Positions 37,211-52,177 of a stretch of DNA of 64,000 nucleotides are shown piece by piece. Within the stretch, counting starts at the first letter, position 1. Every line of letters begins with the position of its first letter. The notes beneath the pieces are model-generated. The model was not told where the DNA came from. It ran no database searches and worked only from the letters and a program-made list of their open reading frames with translations. The position numbers were made by a program, and so were the translations under genes. Location of the stretch: NCBI RefSeq assembly GCF_058153355.1, contig NZ_CM177019.1. The stretch is one strand, 5' to 3'.

Positions 37211-37480
37211 CTACCCGATGATATACGGCAGGTTAGTGAACAAGGTACGGACGTAATCCAGCAACAGATTGAGCATCCACGGTCCGGCAATAATAATGGC
37301 GATAAATACGGCGATGATTTTCGGAATAAACGACAGCGTCATTTCATTAATCTGCGTGGCGGCCTGCAAAATACTGATGATAAGGCCCGTGACCAACGCC
37401 ACCAGCAATAGCGGGGCAGCCAGTGCCAGCGCGACTTTCATCGCTTCAGTCCCCATCATCATGACCGATTCAGGTGTCAT
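37211..37480 (-). CDS. fliQ: Flagellar export apparatus protein FliQ
   Basis: 89 aa. Confidence 0.9.
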   Translation of the reverse strand: MTPESVMMMGTEAMKVALALAAPLLLVALVTGLIISILQAATQINEMTLSFIPKIIAVFIAIIIAGPWMLNLLLDYVRTLFTNLPYIIG

Positions 37481-37489
37481 TTTGCCTCT

Positions 37490-38227
37490 CTAGCTGTAAA
37501 AGCTCTGCGCCAGCGAACCGACCAGCAATTGCCAGCCATCCACCAGTACAAACAGCATCAGTTTAAAGGGCAGAGCAATGGTGGCCGGGGGCACCATCAT
37601 CATCCCCAATGCCATCAGTACGCTGGCAATCACCAGGTCGATAATCAAAAAAGGAATGAAAATCGTGAAGCCTATCTGAAATGCGGTTTTCAGCTCGCTG
37701 GTCACGTAGGCCGGGAGTAAAATGCGCATTGGCACGGCTTCAGGTCCCTGCAACGGGCCGGTATTCGCCAGTCTGGCAAACAACCCTAAATCTGCCTCGC
37801 GGGTCTGACGCAGCATAAACTCACGCAGCGGCTGCGCCCCTTTTTCCAGCGCCTCCTGCATTGAGATTTTCTCTTCGCTGAACGGCTGGTATGCATCGAC
37901 ATAAATTTTGTCGATCACCGGCGACATTATAAAAAAGGTCAAAAACAGTGCCAGCCCCAGCAATACCTGGTTGGGTGGTGCGGAGGGCGTGCCCAGCGCG
38001 TTTCGCAATAATCCAAAAACAATGATGATACGGGTGAAACTGGTCATCATCAGTAAAATCGCTGGAATAAACGTCAACGAGGTGATGAACACCAGCGTCT
38101 GCACCGGGAGGGACCAACTTTGTCCTCCGCCAGGCAGCGGCTGACTGGTGATACCCGGCAGTTGTGCGAAGGCGACGGGTGTAACCAGCCAGAGAAGAAC
38201 AGGTGCGACAGACAACAAACGACGCAT
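37490..38227 (-). CDS. fliP: Flagellar export apparatus protein FliP
   Basis: 245 aa; signal peptide. Confidence 0.9.
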   Translation of the reverse strand: MRRLLSVAPVLLWLVTPVAFAQLPGITSQPLPGGGQSWSLPVQTLVFITSLTFIPAILLMMTSFTRIIIVFGLLRNALGTPSAPPNQVLLGLALFLTFFIMSPVIDKIYVDAYQPFSEEKISMQEALEKGAQPLREFMLRQTREADLGLFARLANTGPLQGPEAVPMRILLPAYVTSELKTAFQIGFTIFIPFLIIDLVIASVLMALGMMMVPPATIALPFKLMLFVLVDGWQLLVGSLAQSFYS

Positions 38228-38592
38228 CAGGATCTCCCGCTACGCTTAAGCAAGTTTTTCATGACCGACTGAAAATCGGTCTGTGGTATCTCTTCCGTTG
38301 GCGCAGAAGGGGGAAGTTTATGCAGCAGATTGATTTGCCCTGCGGTAACGCCGAGCACCAGCCGTGCATCTTCCACATCGACCACCACGACCCTTTCACG
38401 GGCGCCCAGCGAAGCACTGGCGCTAATTTTCAGACCGTTAACGCCAGTTCGTTTGGGGGCAAATCCCAGCCGTTTTACCAGCCAGGCAGCAGCGAGGATC
38501 AGGGCAATAATGGCGATCAGTGCGCCGCTCACCTGCAGCAGCGGTGCAGCAGAAACCGGCGCGGACGGTTGCACAGTAGCGTGGTTATTCAT
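38227..38592 (-). CDS. fliO: Flagellar protein FliO
   Basis: 121 aa; overlapping stop/start with fliP. Confidence 0.85.
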   Translation of the reverse strand: MNNHATVQPSAPVSAAPLLQVSGALIAIIALILAAAWLVKRLGFAPKRTGVNGLKISASASLGARERVVVVDVEDARLVLGVTAGQINLLHKLPPSAPTEEIPQTDFQSVMKNLLKRSGRS

Positions 38593-38594
38593 CG

Positions 38595-39008
38595 CTAACG
38601 GCTCAGGCGGCGCATTCGCTCAGACGGAGTAATGATATCGGTGATCCGCACGCCATATTTATCGGCAACGACCACCACTTCGCCCTGGGCGATTAAATAA
38701 CCGTTGATCAGAATATCCAGCGGTTCGCCTGCCAGGCCGTCCAGCGCTACGACTGACCCTTGTGTCAGGCGCAACAGCTCTTTGATGGTCATCCGCGTGC
38801 GGCCCAGTTCGACGGTCAGCTTAACCGGAATATCCATAATCAGGTCGATATCCTGCAACGTTCCGCTGACATCACCGCCGCCAAATTGCTGGAATACCGC
38901 GTCTGCAGCGCTTTTACTGCTGGTTGATTTTTGTTCGCTCAACGCTTCAGCCCACAGATCGTCCATTGCGCCGTTGTTATCATCGGCCGGATTATTCAAG
39001 TCACTCAT
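38595..39008 (-). CDS. fliN: Flagellar motor switch protein FliN
   Basis: 137 aa. Confidence 0.9.
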   Translation of the reverse strand: MSDLNNPADDNNGAMDDLWAEALSEQKSTSSKSAADAVFQQFGGGDVSGTLQDIDLIMDIPVKLTVELGRTRMTIKELLRLTQGSVVALDGLAGEPLDILINGYLIAQGEVVVVADKYGVRITDIITPSERMRRLSR

Positions 39009-40009
39009 TTGGGCTGTTCCTCGTTCAGAGAATTCAAAATCGGGTTAATCAAATGTTCAATCCGTAACGCATACTGGCCGTTGAGGGTGCCGTACTGGCT
39101 GGTCAGCACCGGAACGCCGTCAACATGGGCGATGATGCGATCGGGTTTTTCTATCGGCAGGACGTCGCCGGGTTTCAGTTTTAAAATCTGCGACAGACGC
39201 AGCGATATATCGGCAAAGTTAGCGACCAGCTCCAGCTGTGAGTGCTGCACCTGACGCACCAGGTTATCGCGCCAGTTCTGATCTTCATTTCGTGAGTTTT
39301 CCAGCGGCGGGTTAACCAACAATTCCCGTAGCGGCTCGATCATGCTGAATGGCAGGCAGATATTAAATTCGCCGGTCAGGTTGCCAATCTCCACATGGAA
39401 CGGTGTGTTAACCACGATGTCGTTCGGCGAGGTGGTGATATTGGTAAATTTCACCTGCATTTCCGAACGCACGTACTCTACATCCAGCGGATTAATTGCC
39501 TTCCAGGCGTCGCTATAGCCTTCCAGCGCCAGCTTCAACATACGGTTGATGACGCGCTGTTCAGTATGGGTAAACTCGCGACCTTCCACTTTGGTTGGGA
39601 AGCGTCCATCGCCGCCAAACAGGTTATCCACGGCGATAAACACCAGACTCGGCGAGAACACCACCAGCCCTGTGCCGCGTAGCGGTTTCAGGTGGATTAG
39701 GTTCAGGTTGGTCGGCACCGGCAGGTTGCGGGCAAATTCATGGTACGGCTGAATGCGGATGGCCCCGACGGTAATGTCCGGGCTACGGCGCAATAGGTTG
39801 AACAGCCCCATACGGAAATGGCGGGCAAAACGCTCATTAATGATTTCCAGCGCCTGCAAACGTTCGCGTACAACCCGTCGTTGGGTATTCGGATCGTACG
39901 GACGAATGTCACTATCGCCGCTAACACTGGCCGTCGGTTCGTCTTTGACTTCGCTGTCACCATTCAACAGCGCATCAATTTCAGCTTGAGAAAGAATACT
40001 ATCGCCCAT
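39005..40009 (-). CDS. fliM: Flagellar motor switch protein FliM
   Basis: Start at MGDSILSQAEIDALLNG (ATG complement of 40007-40009) gives 334 aa; the longer track ORF is an upstream extension. Confidence 0.9.
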   Translation of the reverse strand: MGDSILSQAEIDALLNGDSEVKDEPTASVSGDSDIRPYDPNTQRRVVRERLQALEIINERFARHFRMGLFNLLRRSPDITVGAIRIQPYHEFARNLPVPTNLNLIHLKPLRGTGLVVFSPSLVFIAVDNLFGGDGRFPTKVEGREFTHTEQRVINRMLKLALEGYSDAWKAINPLDVEYVRSEMQVKFTNITTSPNDIVVNTPFHVEIGNLTGEFNICLPFSMIEPLRELLVNPPLENSRNEDQNWRDNLVRQVQHSQLELVANFADISLRLSQILKLKPGDVLPIEKPDRIIAHVDGVPVLTSQYGTLNGQYALRIEHLINPILNSLNEEQPK

Positions 40010-40013
40010 GTCG

Positions 40014-40478
40014 TTATCGCAGAATAAAAGCGGTATACAGCACGTCGGTGACATCCTGTTTCGGTTGCCCGGCAACAAGCGGGGTGGAAAGTGTGGCTTT
40101 AATCTCAGCAATCAGGCTTTTCTTGCCTTCTTCTGTCGCCAGTACGGCAGCATCCTGACGCGAAAACAGTAACAGCAAGCGGCTACGGACTTCCGGCAAA
40201 TACTCACTTAGCCGCGAGCGGGTAGCTTCATCTTTTAGCCGCAGAGTTATGCCGATATAAAGCACGCGATCCGCATCACCCAAATTGACCGTAAAGGTAT
40301 CCAGCGCATAGAAGACCGGGGAGGGCACGACGCGTTGCTGCGCTTTGTCGTCAGCGGCAACCTGATGCGAATGCCAGTAGCTGTAACCTGCGCTGGCACA
40401 GGCCGCGAGGGTAATGAATACCAGAATCGGGATCCAAAGCGATCGCTTGCTTTTCTTGCTTATCGCGTAATCAGTCAT
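40014..40478 (-). CDS. fliL: Flagellar basal-body-associated protein FliL
   Basis: 154 aa. Confidence 0.9.
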   Translation of the reverse strand: MTDYAISKKSKRSLWIPILVFITLAACASAGYSYWHSHQVAADDKAQQRVVPSPVFYALDTFTVNLGDADRVLYIGITLRLKDEATRSRLSEYLPEVRSRLLLLFSRQDAAVLATEEGKKSLIAEIKATLSTPLVAGQPKQDVTDVLYTAFILR

Positions 40479-40582
40479 GTGTTGCGGTCTTCCTGTGTCG
40501 CTACTGCTTATCGGCTAATTATCCTGCGTCTTGAACGCAACAAAGCGGGGAAAAGACGCGGATTACGGTGCTACCTCTGACG

Positions 40583-41710
40583 TTAGGCGAAAATATCAAC
40601 GCCACTGTTGCCTGTTACGCGCCCTTGTAAAGAGACGGGAACGGGTAGCGCATCGTCGTCTTCACCCGCCAGAGGTTCATGATTTGCTGTGCGCTGGCTT
40701 TGCTGTTGCTGTGAAGCGGCCTGTTGCTGACCACTAAAGCTTTCGCCACTGATGTTGCTTTGCCCTAACTGAATGCCACTTTCTGCCAGCTGCGTACGCA
40801 GTACCGGTAGCGCAGCTTCCAGCGCGGCGCGTACGTGCTGATGCGGTGACACCATCTGGATTTGCGCCTGGCTATCATCCACTTTGAGGGAGATTTGTAC
40901 TTCACCTAAATCCTGCGGGTGCAGACGCAACTCTGCGCTTTGTTGCCCCTGGCGGGTAAACAGCGAAATATGCTGGCTTAATGATTGTTGCCATTCGTGA
41001 GAACCCAGCGGCGCACTCAAAACAGGTGCTGCGACGGTGGGCAGCGGCTGTGTCTGGTGCGGAGTGATGAGCGGGCTGACGGCAGCGGTCACCGGCGAAG
41101 GTGTGCTGATGACTTCCGCTTTACTCTGGGCTTCTGCTACCAGCGGTGTTACTGGCTGAGCTTGCGCGTCGGGGGCGTCATCAGGCTGTGCGGTTGTGAA
41201 TTGCGCAGTAGTCAGTTTTATGTAGAGAGTTGGTTTCTCTGTCGGTAACACGGTTGACGGCGCATCAGCCACTTTGGGCGTATTGTCAAAACCCGGCAAC
41301 ATCGCAAAAAGGGCGCTCAGGCTTGCGGTGACGTCTTCATTAAGCTCATCTGCTTTTTCGTCTTTTGTCGTATTTTTGTCAGCCACCGCAGCCAACGTCA
41401 TCGTCTGAGCGGTGGTTAACGGTGTTGATGTGGATTGTTCGTCGTTGATGACAGGCGGTATTTCATCCTCAGGGATCAGTAAATCCGCTTGTTGCACATC
41501 GGAAAGAATATCGCTAACCAGCGGCTCACCTTTTGTTATGGGTTTATCTGTTGCCACCAGCAACTGAGGGGCTGCTTTGTCGGTTGTTGTTTCACCTGCT
41601 ATTGCTCCACTCAACAATGCGAGAAAATCTTGTGCAGCATCGCTGGCTTTACCGCCGGGCAATATGGCGGTGTCAACGTCAGCGGTAATCACGGGCGCTA
41701 AGCGAATCAT
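40583..41710 (-). CDS. fliK: Flagellar hook-length control protein FliK
   Basis: 375 aa; Pro/Ala/Thr-rich. Confidence 0.9.
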   Translation of the reverse strand: MIRLAPVITADVDTAILPGGKASDAAQDFLALLSGAIAGETTTDKAAPQLLVATDKPITKGEPLVSDILSDVQQADLLIPEDEIPPVINDEQSTSTPLTTAQTMTLAAVADKNTTKDEKADELNEDVTASLSALFAMLPGFDNTPKVADAPSTVLPTEKPTLYIKLTTAQFTTAQPDDAPDAQAQPVTPLVAEAQSKAEVISTPSPVTAAVSPLITPHQTQPLPTVAAPVLSAPLGSHEWQQSLSQHISLFTRQGQQSAELRLHPQDLGEVQISLKVDDSQAQIQMVSPHQHVRAALEAALPVLRTQLAESGIQLGQSNISGESFSGQQQAASQQQQSQRTANHEPLAGEDDDALPVPVSLQGRVTGNSGVDIFA

Positions 41711-42150
41711 TCGGGTTTCCTCATGGTGGCACGTTGGGCGAACTCATCCATCTTTTTCTGATCGAGACGGTTTTCTGCAAGCAGTGCCGCCGTGGATTGC
41801 CGTTCCTGCAGTGTCTGCCAGGCCTGCAAACGTTGTTTCTTTTCTCGCCAGCTGTTCAGGGCAATGTCAACTTTCTGCGTCCACTGATTAAGTTGCTGGC
41901 GATGCTGAGTAATGGCTTTTTCCAGCGTCTGGATAAACTGCTGATAGTTGATCCAGCGGTTACTGGTCATCCCGGCACTCATATCGCTGTTGAGGTTATT
42001 GCGATATTCATTCTGATAATCGATCAGCATTTTGAGTTGTTCCTCTGCCTGCTGGCATCCGCGACGCATTTCACCCAGCAGGCGCGCGGCATCTTCTACC
42101 TCTTTTTCTGCCAGATCTTTCAGGGTCGCCAGCGCGCCATGTTCTGCCAT
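41707..42150 (-). CDS. fliJ: Flagellar export chaperone/stalk protein FliJ
   Basis: 147 aa coiled coil. Confidence 0.9.
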   Translation of the reverse strand: MAEHGALATLKDLAEKEVEDAARLLGEMRRGCQQAEEQLKMLIDYQNEYRNNLNSDMSAGMTSNRWINYQQFIQTLEKAITQHRQQLNQWTQKVDIALNSWREKKQRLQAWQTLQERQSTAALLAENRLDQKKMDEFAQRATMRKPE

Positions 42151-42171
42151 CTGCCGTTATCTCCTGCGTTT

Positions 42172-43541
42172 TCACACTGTCGGGAATATGCGCTCCAGCC
42201 CCTGGAGAGACTCTTCCCAGTCCGCGCGTTCAAAAATGCCTTGTTGCAAATAGCCCTCCAGCTGCGGCCACAGAGCGATGGCTTTATCGAGCATTGGATC
42301 GCTGCCTTTGGCATACGCGCCGACGCTAACCAGATCGCGGTTACGCTGAAAACTCGACAACAGCTGTTTGAAGGTGCGCACTCGCGCGTAATGTTGCTCG
42401 CTGATCAACGCCGTCATTGCACGGCTGATCGACGCTTCAATATCAATCGCCGGATAGTGTCCGGCTTCCGCCAGACGACGAGAAAGAACAATGTGACCGT
42501 CGAGGATCGCCCGTGCGGAGTCGGCAATCGGGTCCTGCTGGTCATCGCCTTCGGTGAGCACGGTATAAAACGCCGTAATTGAGCCGCCGCCGCTGATACC
42601 GTTACCGGCACGCTCGACCAGCGCCGGTAATTTGGCGAATACCGACGGTGGATAACCTTTGGTGGCAGGCGGTTCGCCAATCGCCAGCGCAATCTCACGC
42701 TGGGCCATCGCGTAGCGGGTGAGGGAGTCCATAATCAGCAACACATGCTGACCACGATCGCGAAAATCTTCGGCAATGCGCGTGGCATAGGCGGCACCTT
42801 GCATTCGCAGGAGCGGAGAAACATCCGCTGGAGCGGCAATCACCACGGAGCGTGCACGCCCTTCGGCACCGAGGATATTCTCAATAAAATCTTTTACTTC
42901 GCGCCCACGTTCACCAATCAAACCCACGACAATGACATCGGCGCGGGTGTAACGTGCCATCATCCCCAGCAGCACACTTTTACCGACACCAGAACCAGCA
43001 AATAGCCCCATACGCTGCCCGCGCCCAACGGTAAGCAGGGCATTGATTGGGCGCACGCCCGTGTCCAGCACATGTTCAATCGGTGTACGTTGCAAAGGGT
43101 TAAAAGGCGGGGTGATCAGCGCACCTGTTTCGGTCGTATCGGGGGAGGGAAGGCCATCAAGCGGTTTACCGCTGCCGTCCAGTACGCGACCTAACAACGC
43201 CGGACCGAGTGGCAACTGCTTGCCGCTTTGCAGCCCTTCAGCCGAAATGTGTTTGGCATAAACGCGCGCGCCGGGCAGGACACCTTCCACTTCTTCCAGC
43301 GGCATTAAAAACAGCCGTTGACCGTTAAAACCAACCACTTCGCTTTCTACTTCATGCGTTTCCGACCCGTTCTGGCGCTCAATCACACAGGTTGCGCCGA
43401 GCGGCAATTGTAATCCGGTAGCCTCCAGCACCAGCCCGGTGGCGCGGGTTAATCGCCCGTAGCGACGTACCGCAGGCAACTGCGCCATTTTGGCTTCGAA
43501 GTTATCCAGCGTGGTTAGCCAGCGAGTCAGGCGCGTGGTCA

Positions 43542-43542
<1 letters not shown>
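42172..43542 (-). CDS. fliI: Flagellum-specific ATPase FliI
   Basis: 456 aa; Walker A GSGVGKS. Confidence 0.9.
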
Positions 43543-46867
<3,325 letters not shown>

Positions 46868-47081
46868 CGCGCACCTCGTGGCTGATTATGGACGGCGTTA
46901 TTGGCAAAGTGGAACAAGACTCACTCCCGGGTCAGCAAACTCGAAAAATTGACGCTCTCATTATTTGTGCTTTCGTTTTTTTCTATCCGCCAATAAACCC
47001 GTTTTTTTGTTGCTATTTAGCGCCTTTGTCTTATTGACTTACTGGTAGGCTTTGCTACCAGAAATTATCCGGGAGATGAAA

Positions 47082-47396
47082 ATGTCAGCGATACAGGGGA
47101 TTGAAGGGGTTATTAGCCAGTTACAGGCTACGGCGATGAGTGCGCGTGCGCAGGAATCACTGCCGCAACCGACCATTAGTTTTGCCGGGCAGCTGCACGC
47201 CGCGCTCGATCGCATAAGCGATACACAAACCGCCGCCCGCACGCAGGCAGAAAAATTCACCCTCGGCGAACCCGGCGTGGCGTTAAACGATGTGATGACC
47301 GATATGCAAAAAGCCTCAGTTTCTATGCAAATGGGGATTCAGGTGCGTAATAAGCTGGTGGCGGCGTATCAGGAAGTGATGAGCATGCAGGTGTAA
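47082..47396 (+). CDS. fliE: Flagellar hook-basal body protein FliE
   Basis: ATG at 47082 after a gggaga RBS; 104 aa [15 protein letters not shown]... Confidence 0.9.
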   Translation: MSAIQGIEGVISQLQATAMSARAQESLPQPTISFAGQLHAALDRISDTQTAARTQAEKFTLGEPGVALNDVMTDMQKASVSMQMGIQVRNKLVAAYQEVMSMQV

Positions 47397-47729
47397 GTTG
47401 TGTAACCTGTTGTTGATTACATCCGATCTCACCGCGTGGGGCATGGATGGGGCAAACACACTCAATTTCTGGTTTAAAATGGAAACCTGATTCTGAAAGT
47501 TTTCTGCCATCCACGATCTGTAAACGCGATAACATGTTTTGTCTTCGCTTTGCTCATAGGAAGAGTGAACTCTTTCGTTAGCCTGGGGTTCCTTCTGATC
47601 ATTATTGTTCCTGCCTTTATCTCTTGCCACGCCAGAGCCCCCTGGATACACATACACCAGGATGAAAACGGTGAGTTGTGTTCAAACTGTAGTACAATTC
47701 TCTCCAGTATGAACAGGAAAGAATATGCT

Positions 47730-48062
47730 ATGAACCCTTATATTTATCTTGGTGGCGCAATACTTGCAGAGGTCATTGGTACAACCTTAATGAAGTTTTC
47801 AGAGGGGGTTACACGGTTATGGCCCTCTGTTGGCACAATTATTTGTTATTGTGCCTCATTCTGGTTATTAGCTCAGACGCTGGCTTATATACCTACAGGG
47901 ATTGCTTATGCTATCTGGTCAGGAGTCGGTATCGTTCTGATTAGTTTGCTTTCCTGGGGATTTTTTGGCCAACGGCTGGACCTGCCAGCCATCATAGGCA
48001 TGATGTTGATTTGTGCCGGTGTGTTAGTCATTAACTTGTTGTCACGAAGTGCACCGCATTAA
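47730..48062 (+). CDS. emrE: SMR-family multidrug efflux protein EmrE
   Basis: 110 aa MNPYIYLGGAILAEVIGTTLMKFSEG...; four transmembrane helices. Confidence 0.85.
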   Translation: MNPYIYLGGAILAEVIGTTLMKFSEGVTRLWPSVGTIICYCASFWLLAQTLAYIPTGIAYAIWSGVGIVLISLLSWGFFGQRLDLPAIIGMMLICAGVLVINLLSRSAPH

Positions 48063-48230
48063 AAAATAATCATCCTTGAGATAACAAGAATCTGATTTGT
48101 GCATATTATGGCTAATGTTCGGGGCAACTTTATAATTATGATTGCATTTGCGCGATCATTGCGCCTTTTTGCATAATGAGATCAAGGCACATCAAATAAA
48201 ATAACGATAGGTCACAACAAAGAGGTTTTT

Positions 48231-48782
48231 ATGAAAAAACTTATCGTTTCAAGTGTATTGGCATTCATAACATTTTCTGCGCAGGCCGCAGCATTTCAGG
48301 TCACTAGTAATGAAATAAAAACAGGAGAGCAACTTACAACGTCTCATGTATTTTCTGGATTTGGGTGTGAGGGGGGGAATACATCGCCCTCATTAACCTG
48401 GTCTGGTGCTCCTGAAGGCACCAAAAGCTTTGCCGTAACTGTGTATGATCCAGATGCGCCTACAGGCAGTGGATGGTGGCACTGGACTGTTGCTAATATT
48501 CCAGCAACGGTAACATATTTGCCCGCTGATGCAGGAAGACGTGATGGTACAAAACTTCCGACTGGTGCTGTCCAAGGCCGAAATGATTTTGGCTATGCGG
48601 GATTTGGTGGAGCATGTCCTCCCAAAGGAGATAAACCCCATCATTACCAGTTTAAAATATGGGCTCTAAAAACTGATAAGATTCCTGTGGATTCTAATTC
48701 CAGCGGAGCGTTAGTTGGTTATATGCTTAATGCCAATAAAATTGCAACCGCTGAGATAACACCCGTTTATGAGGTAAAGTAG
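48231..48782 (+). CDS. ybcL: Periplasmic PEBP-family protein (YbcL-like)
   Basis: 183 aa; signal peptide; PEBP/UPF0098 motifs. Confidence 0.75.
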   Translation: MKKLIVSSVLAFITFSAQAAAFQVTSNEIKTGEQLTTSHVFSGFGCEGGNTSPSLTWSGAPEGTKSFAVTVYDPDAPTGSGWWHWTVANIPATVTYLPADAGRRDGTKLPTGAVQGRNDFGYAGFGGACPPKGDKPHHYQFKIWALKTDKIPVDSNSSGALVGYMLNANKIATAEITPVYEVK

Positions 48783-48791
48783 GATAAGAGT

Positions 48792-49589
48792 ATGCTGGCA
48801 AAAGATAGGACTAACCTAAAGATTGAAGAAATACGGATGCATAAACATCATGAGATTCACAGGGTTAAGCCTCTTATGCCAGCTTTATGTCGTATCCGTC
48901 AGGGAAAAAAAGTTATCAATTGGGAGACGCATAGTCTAACTGTTGATAATAATCAGATAATATTATTTCCCTGTGGATATGAATTTTATATTGCGAATTA
49001 CCCAGAAGCAGGTCTTTATCTTGCAGAAATGCTTTATTATCCCATTGATCTAATTGAAAAGTTCCAAAATCTTTATGCGATAACCGATCAAATTCGTAAC
49101 ACGACAGGTTTCTGCTTACCTCAGAATCCCGAGTTAATATATTGTTGGGAGCAACTAAAAACATCTGTTTCCCGAGGCTTCTCAACGCAAATTCAGGAAC
49201 ACTTAGCAATGGGCGTTCTACTTTCATTAGGAGCACATCATGTTAATTGTTTACTTTTATCAGATAGTAAACAATCATTAATAAGTCGTTGTTATAACCT
49301 AATGCTATCCGAACCTGGAACAAAATGGACAGCAAACAGGGTAGCGAGATATCTCTACATTTCTGTTTCCACATTGCATCGCCGTCTGGCAAGCGAGGGA
49401 GTAAGTTTTCAAAGTATATTGGACGACGTGAGGTTAAATAATGCGTTGTCTGCTATACAAACGACAGTAAAACCCATCAGCGAGATTGCCAGGGAAAATG
49501 GTTACAAGTGTCCTTCTCGTTTTACTGAAAGGTTCCATAATCGTTTTAAGATAACACCAAGAGAGCTAAGAAAAGCGTCCAGAGAGTAA
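48792..49589 (+). CDS. AraC-family transcriptional regulator (YbcM-like)
   Basis: C-terminal AraC-type helix-turn-helix; true start may be an internal Met near 48837. Confidence 0.7.
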   Translation: MLAKDRTNLKIEEIRMHKHHEIHRVKPLMPALCRIRQGKKVINWETHSLTVDNNQIILFPCGYEFYIANYPEAGLYLAEMLYYPIDLIEKFQNLYAITDQIRNTTGFCLPQNPELIYCWEQLKTSVSRGFSTQIQEHLAMGVLLSLGAHHVNCLLLSDSKQSLISRCYNLMLSEPGTKWTANRVARYLYISVSTLHRRLASEGVSFQSILDDVRLNNALSAIQTTVKPISEIARENGYKCPSRFTERFHNRFKITPRELRKASRE

Positions 49590-50090
49590 AAGTATTTTAT
49601 GAAGGAGCAACAGCATCGATTTTTATTTTGGAAAATCAATACGGCATACTCAACCTATTGGAGCCTGAACAATCCGGTGACTTCTGCGCTAATCGGGGAC
49701 GTTTATAAGCACATATAATTGATACTCTCTTCCTCCATCACAATTTCAGAAATGCACGTGTGATTTTTTGGCATCCGGCGTTTGGACTATGTGGAGTTCA
49801 AGAGTGGGAAAGTTACAAGAGGTTGAGGGGATAATTAAAGGGATGCTTATGACATTAGATATCCGGTTAGGTACGGATATCGTTGTTATTAAATCTAATT
49901 GATACGTTAATTGTTCACTGAGTATTATTAAAAATGGGGCGTTGAAACGCCCCAGAAAATAAAGGGTAATATATAACAGAAGGTTTATATAGTCAGAAGC
50001 AAGATAGCGCTTCTAAGGAAAGTGGCTTGAGGGGGCCACTTATATGTTGGGGAGGCAAAGCCTCCCACAACATATCTTTGAGTAATCAGA

Positions 50091-51173
50091 TTAGAACTGG
50101 TAAACCAATCCTACAGCAACGATATCATCGGTAGCAACGCCAGATGCTTTCGTGAAATCGCTCTTATCAATCAGGTTGATTTTGTAATCAACAAAAGTGG
50201 ACATATTTTTGTTGAAGTAATAGGTTGCACCTACATCAATATATTCAACCAGGTCCTGATCACCCCACGCACCCAAGTCTTTTCCTTTAGATTGCAGGTA
50301 AGCAACGGACGGACGCAGACCGAAGTCGAACTGATATTGTGCAACTACTTCGAAGTTTTGTGCTTTGTTGGCAATATGGTTATTACCAAAAACAGTCATG
50401 TTCTGGGTTTCAGAATAGGTGGTAGCCAGATAGATGTTGTTCGCATCATATTTCAGACCAGCTGCCCATACTTCAGCATTTTGACCAGATGCATTCAGGC
50501 TGTTGTTACCGTAGATAACCTGATCATTAGTGCGGTCAGATTTAGCATAGGTTGCACCTACACCGAATCCTTCATACTCATAAGTAGTGGAGAAACCGAA
50601 ACCATCACCGTTAGCTTCAGTTACGTCAGTGCGGTCATTTTTACCCTGATACTGAGCAGCAAAGTTCAGACCATCAACCAGACCAAAGAAGTCGTTGTTA
50701 CGATAAGTTGCAACACCTGTGGTGCGACCAGTCATGAACACATCTGTTTGGGTCCAGGTATCGCCACCGAATTCTGGCAGAACGTCGGTCCATGCACCGA
50801 TATCGTATGCTACACCGTAGTTACGGCCATAATCGATGGAGCCGTAGTCACCGAATTTCAGGCCAGCGAAGGCAAGACGGGTTTTATCTTTGGAAGAACC
50901 TTGAGATTCAGCACGGTTGCCTTTGAATTCATATTCCCACTGACCGAAACCAGTCAGTTGATCGTTGATTTGGGTTTCGCCTTTGAAGCCCAGACGAACA
51001 TAAGTTGTGTCGCCATCATCTGCATCGTTAGAAGAGAAGTAGTGCTTAGCATTAACTTTTCCGTACAGATCCAGCTTGTTACTGTCTTTATTGTAAATCT
51101 CTGCTGCCTGAGCAGACATCGCCATCAGTACTGATGCAGCTACAGCAGAAATTGCCACTGTTAATTTTTTCAT
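50091..51173 (-). CDS. OmpC/NmpC-family outer-membrane porin (prophage-type)
   Basis: 360 aa; signal peptide [24 protein letters not shown]-terminal VGLVYQF; several downstream hairpins. Confidence 0.8.
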   Translation of the reverse strand: MKKLTVAISAVAASVLMAMSAQAAEIYNKDSNKLDLYGKVNAKHYFSSNDADDGDTTYVRLGFKGETQINDQLTGFGQWEYEFKGNRAESQGSSKDKTRLAFAGLKFGDYGSIDYGRNYGVAYDIGAWTDVLPEFGGDTWTQTDVFMTGRTTGVATYRNNDFFGLVDGLNFAAQYQGKNDRTDVTEANGDGFGFSTTYEYEGFGVGATYAKSDRTNDQVIYGNNSLNASGQNAEVWAAGLKYDANNIYLATTYSETQNMTVFGNNHIANKAQNFEVVAQYQFDFGLRPSVAYLQSKGKDLGAWGDQDLVEYIDVGATYYFNKNMSTFVDYKINLIDKSDFTKASGVATDDIVAVGLVYQF

Positions 51174-51504
51174 CGTGAGCCCTTTTATTTGAACTATTAT
51201 TTAAAAATGATGTCACTGCACCACAAATATTCATCTAATCAATGAGATTATTTCAAGATGTAAGTTTTAGTTTCTCATTTAAATTGTGAAGTAGATCCCT
51301 ATTTTTATCTGAACTGTTTCTATTGCACACAATGCATGACTATTTTGTGAACGAATATAAATTTGGTAGTCAAATTATATTAAAGGTTGTTATTTATGAT
51401 TGACTCATAATTTATTTATTTAATTTAAATAGCCTAAAAATAACCATGGAGATTATTTGCATGATATTTGTTTAGATTTGTTAATGTAGTTGAGGTGATT
51501 TTAT

Positions 51505-52177
51505 TTAATACGCAATATAGCGCCGCTTGATATTAGTTCTATTTTTTTTTTGCGTAAGATAGATGAGACAAACTGAGACGCATAATGGTTTGCAAGGCTC
51601 TAATACTTTGATGTTGAGGATGTGATGGGGCATGTACGTGCATAGTACAATGATGTCCATGCCGGTGTGGATAATCTCCAGGCTTATCCGGTGCGCCGTA
51701 AAACCCCGTCCTTCAGGGCGGGGATATAAGGCGCGGTTTTCCACCTGACCAGGTGTTTGCTGTTGTTCAATGTATTGGCGGATGACGGATATTGGCGCAC
51801 CTCCGCAGCTACTGGCAAAATAGCCGGGACTCCACAAAACGCCTTTGTAGTAATACCTGACTGCAATATCTGGTCGATCTCGTCGCAGTAATCTACCCGA
51901 TACGCCTTTGTGGCTGTTTACCAGACTGGATATCGCCAGTTTGGGAGGATAGTTAATTAACAAATGGACGTGATTCTGGTTCGCCATCCATTTCAACCAG
52001 TTCAGCTTCAAAATCAGCACATACATTTGAAAAGTAAGTGCGTAGTTTTTCTGTCGCGTCATGGTCAAAAATCTGACGTCGGTATCTGGTGACAAAGACC
52101 CGGTGAACATGCATCAGAAAAACACAGTGCCTTCCACGCCGGATATCGGTTTCTTTTTTCACAGACCAAAGTATCAT
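51505..52177 (-). pseudogene. IS200-type Y1 transposase TnpA, frameshifted (3' limit approximate)
   Basis: N-terminal ORF 51953-52177 and a C-terminal part in another frame (NQNHVHLLINYPPKLAISSLVNSHKGVSGRLL...APISVIRQYIEQQQ); one extra base near 51970-51980 separates the frames. Confidence 0.6.

Noticed and set aside
47550-47729. 5' extension of the emrE ORF to 170 aa
   Set aside because: EmrE-type SMR proteins are about 110 aa; the conserved start MNPYIYL is at 47730.
49590-50090. Cluster of three hairpins downstream of the NmpC-type porin gene as a possible small RNA
   Set aside because: More simply explained as terminator and REP-like structures at the 3' end of the porin gene; no promoter evidence.
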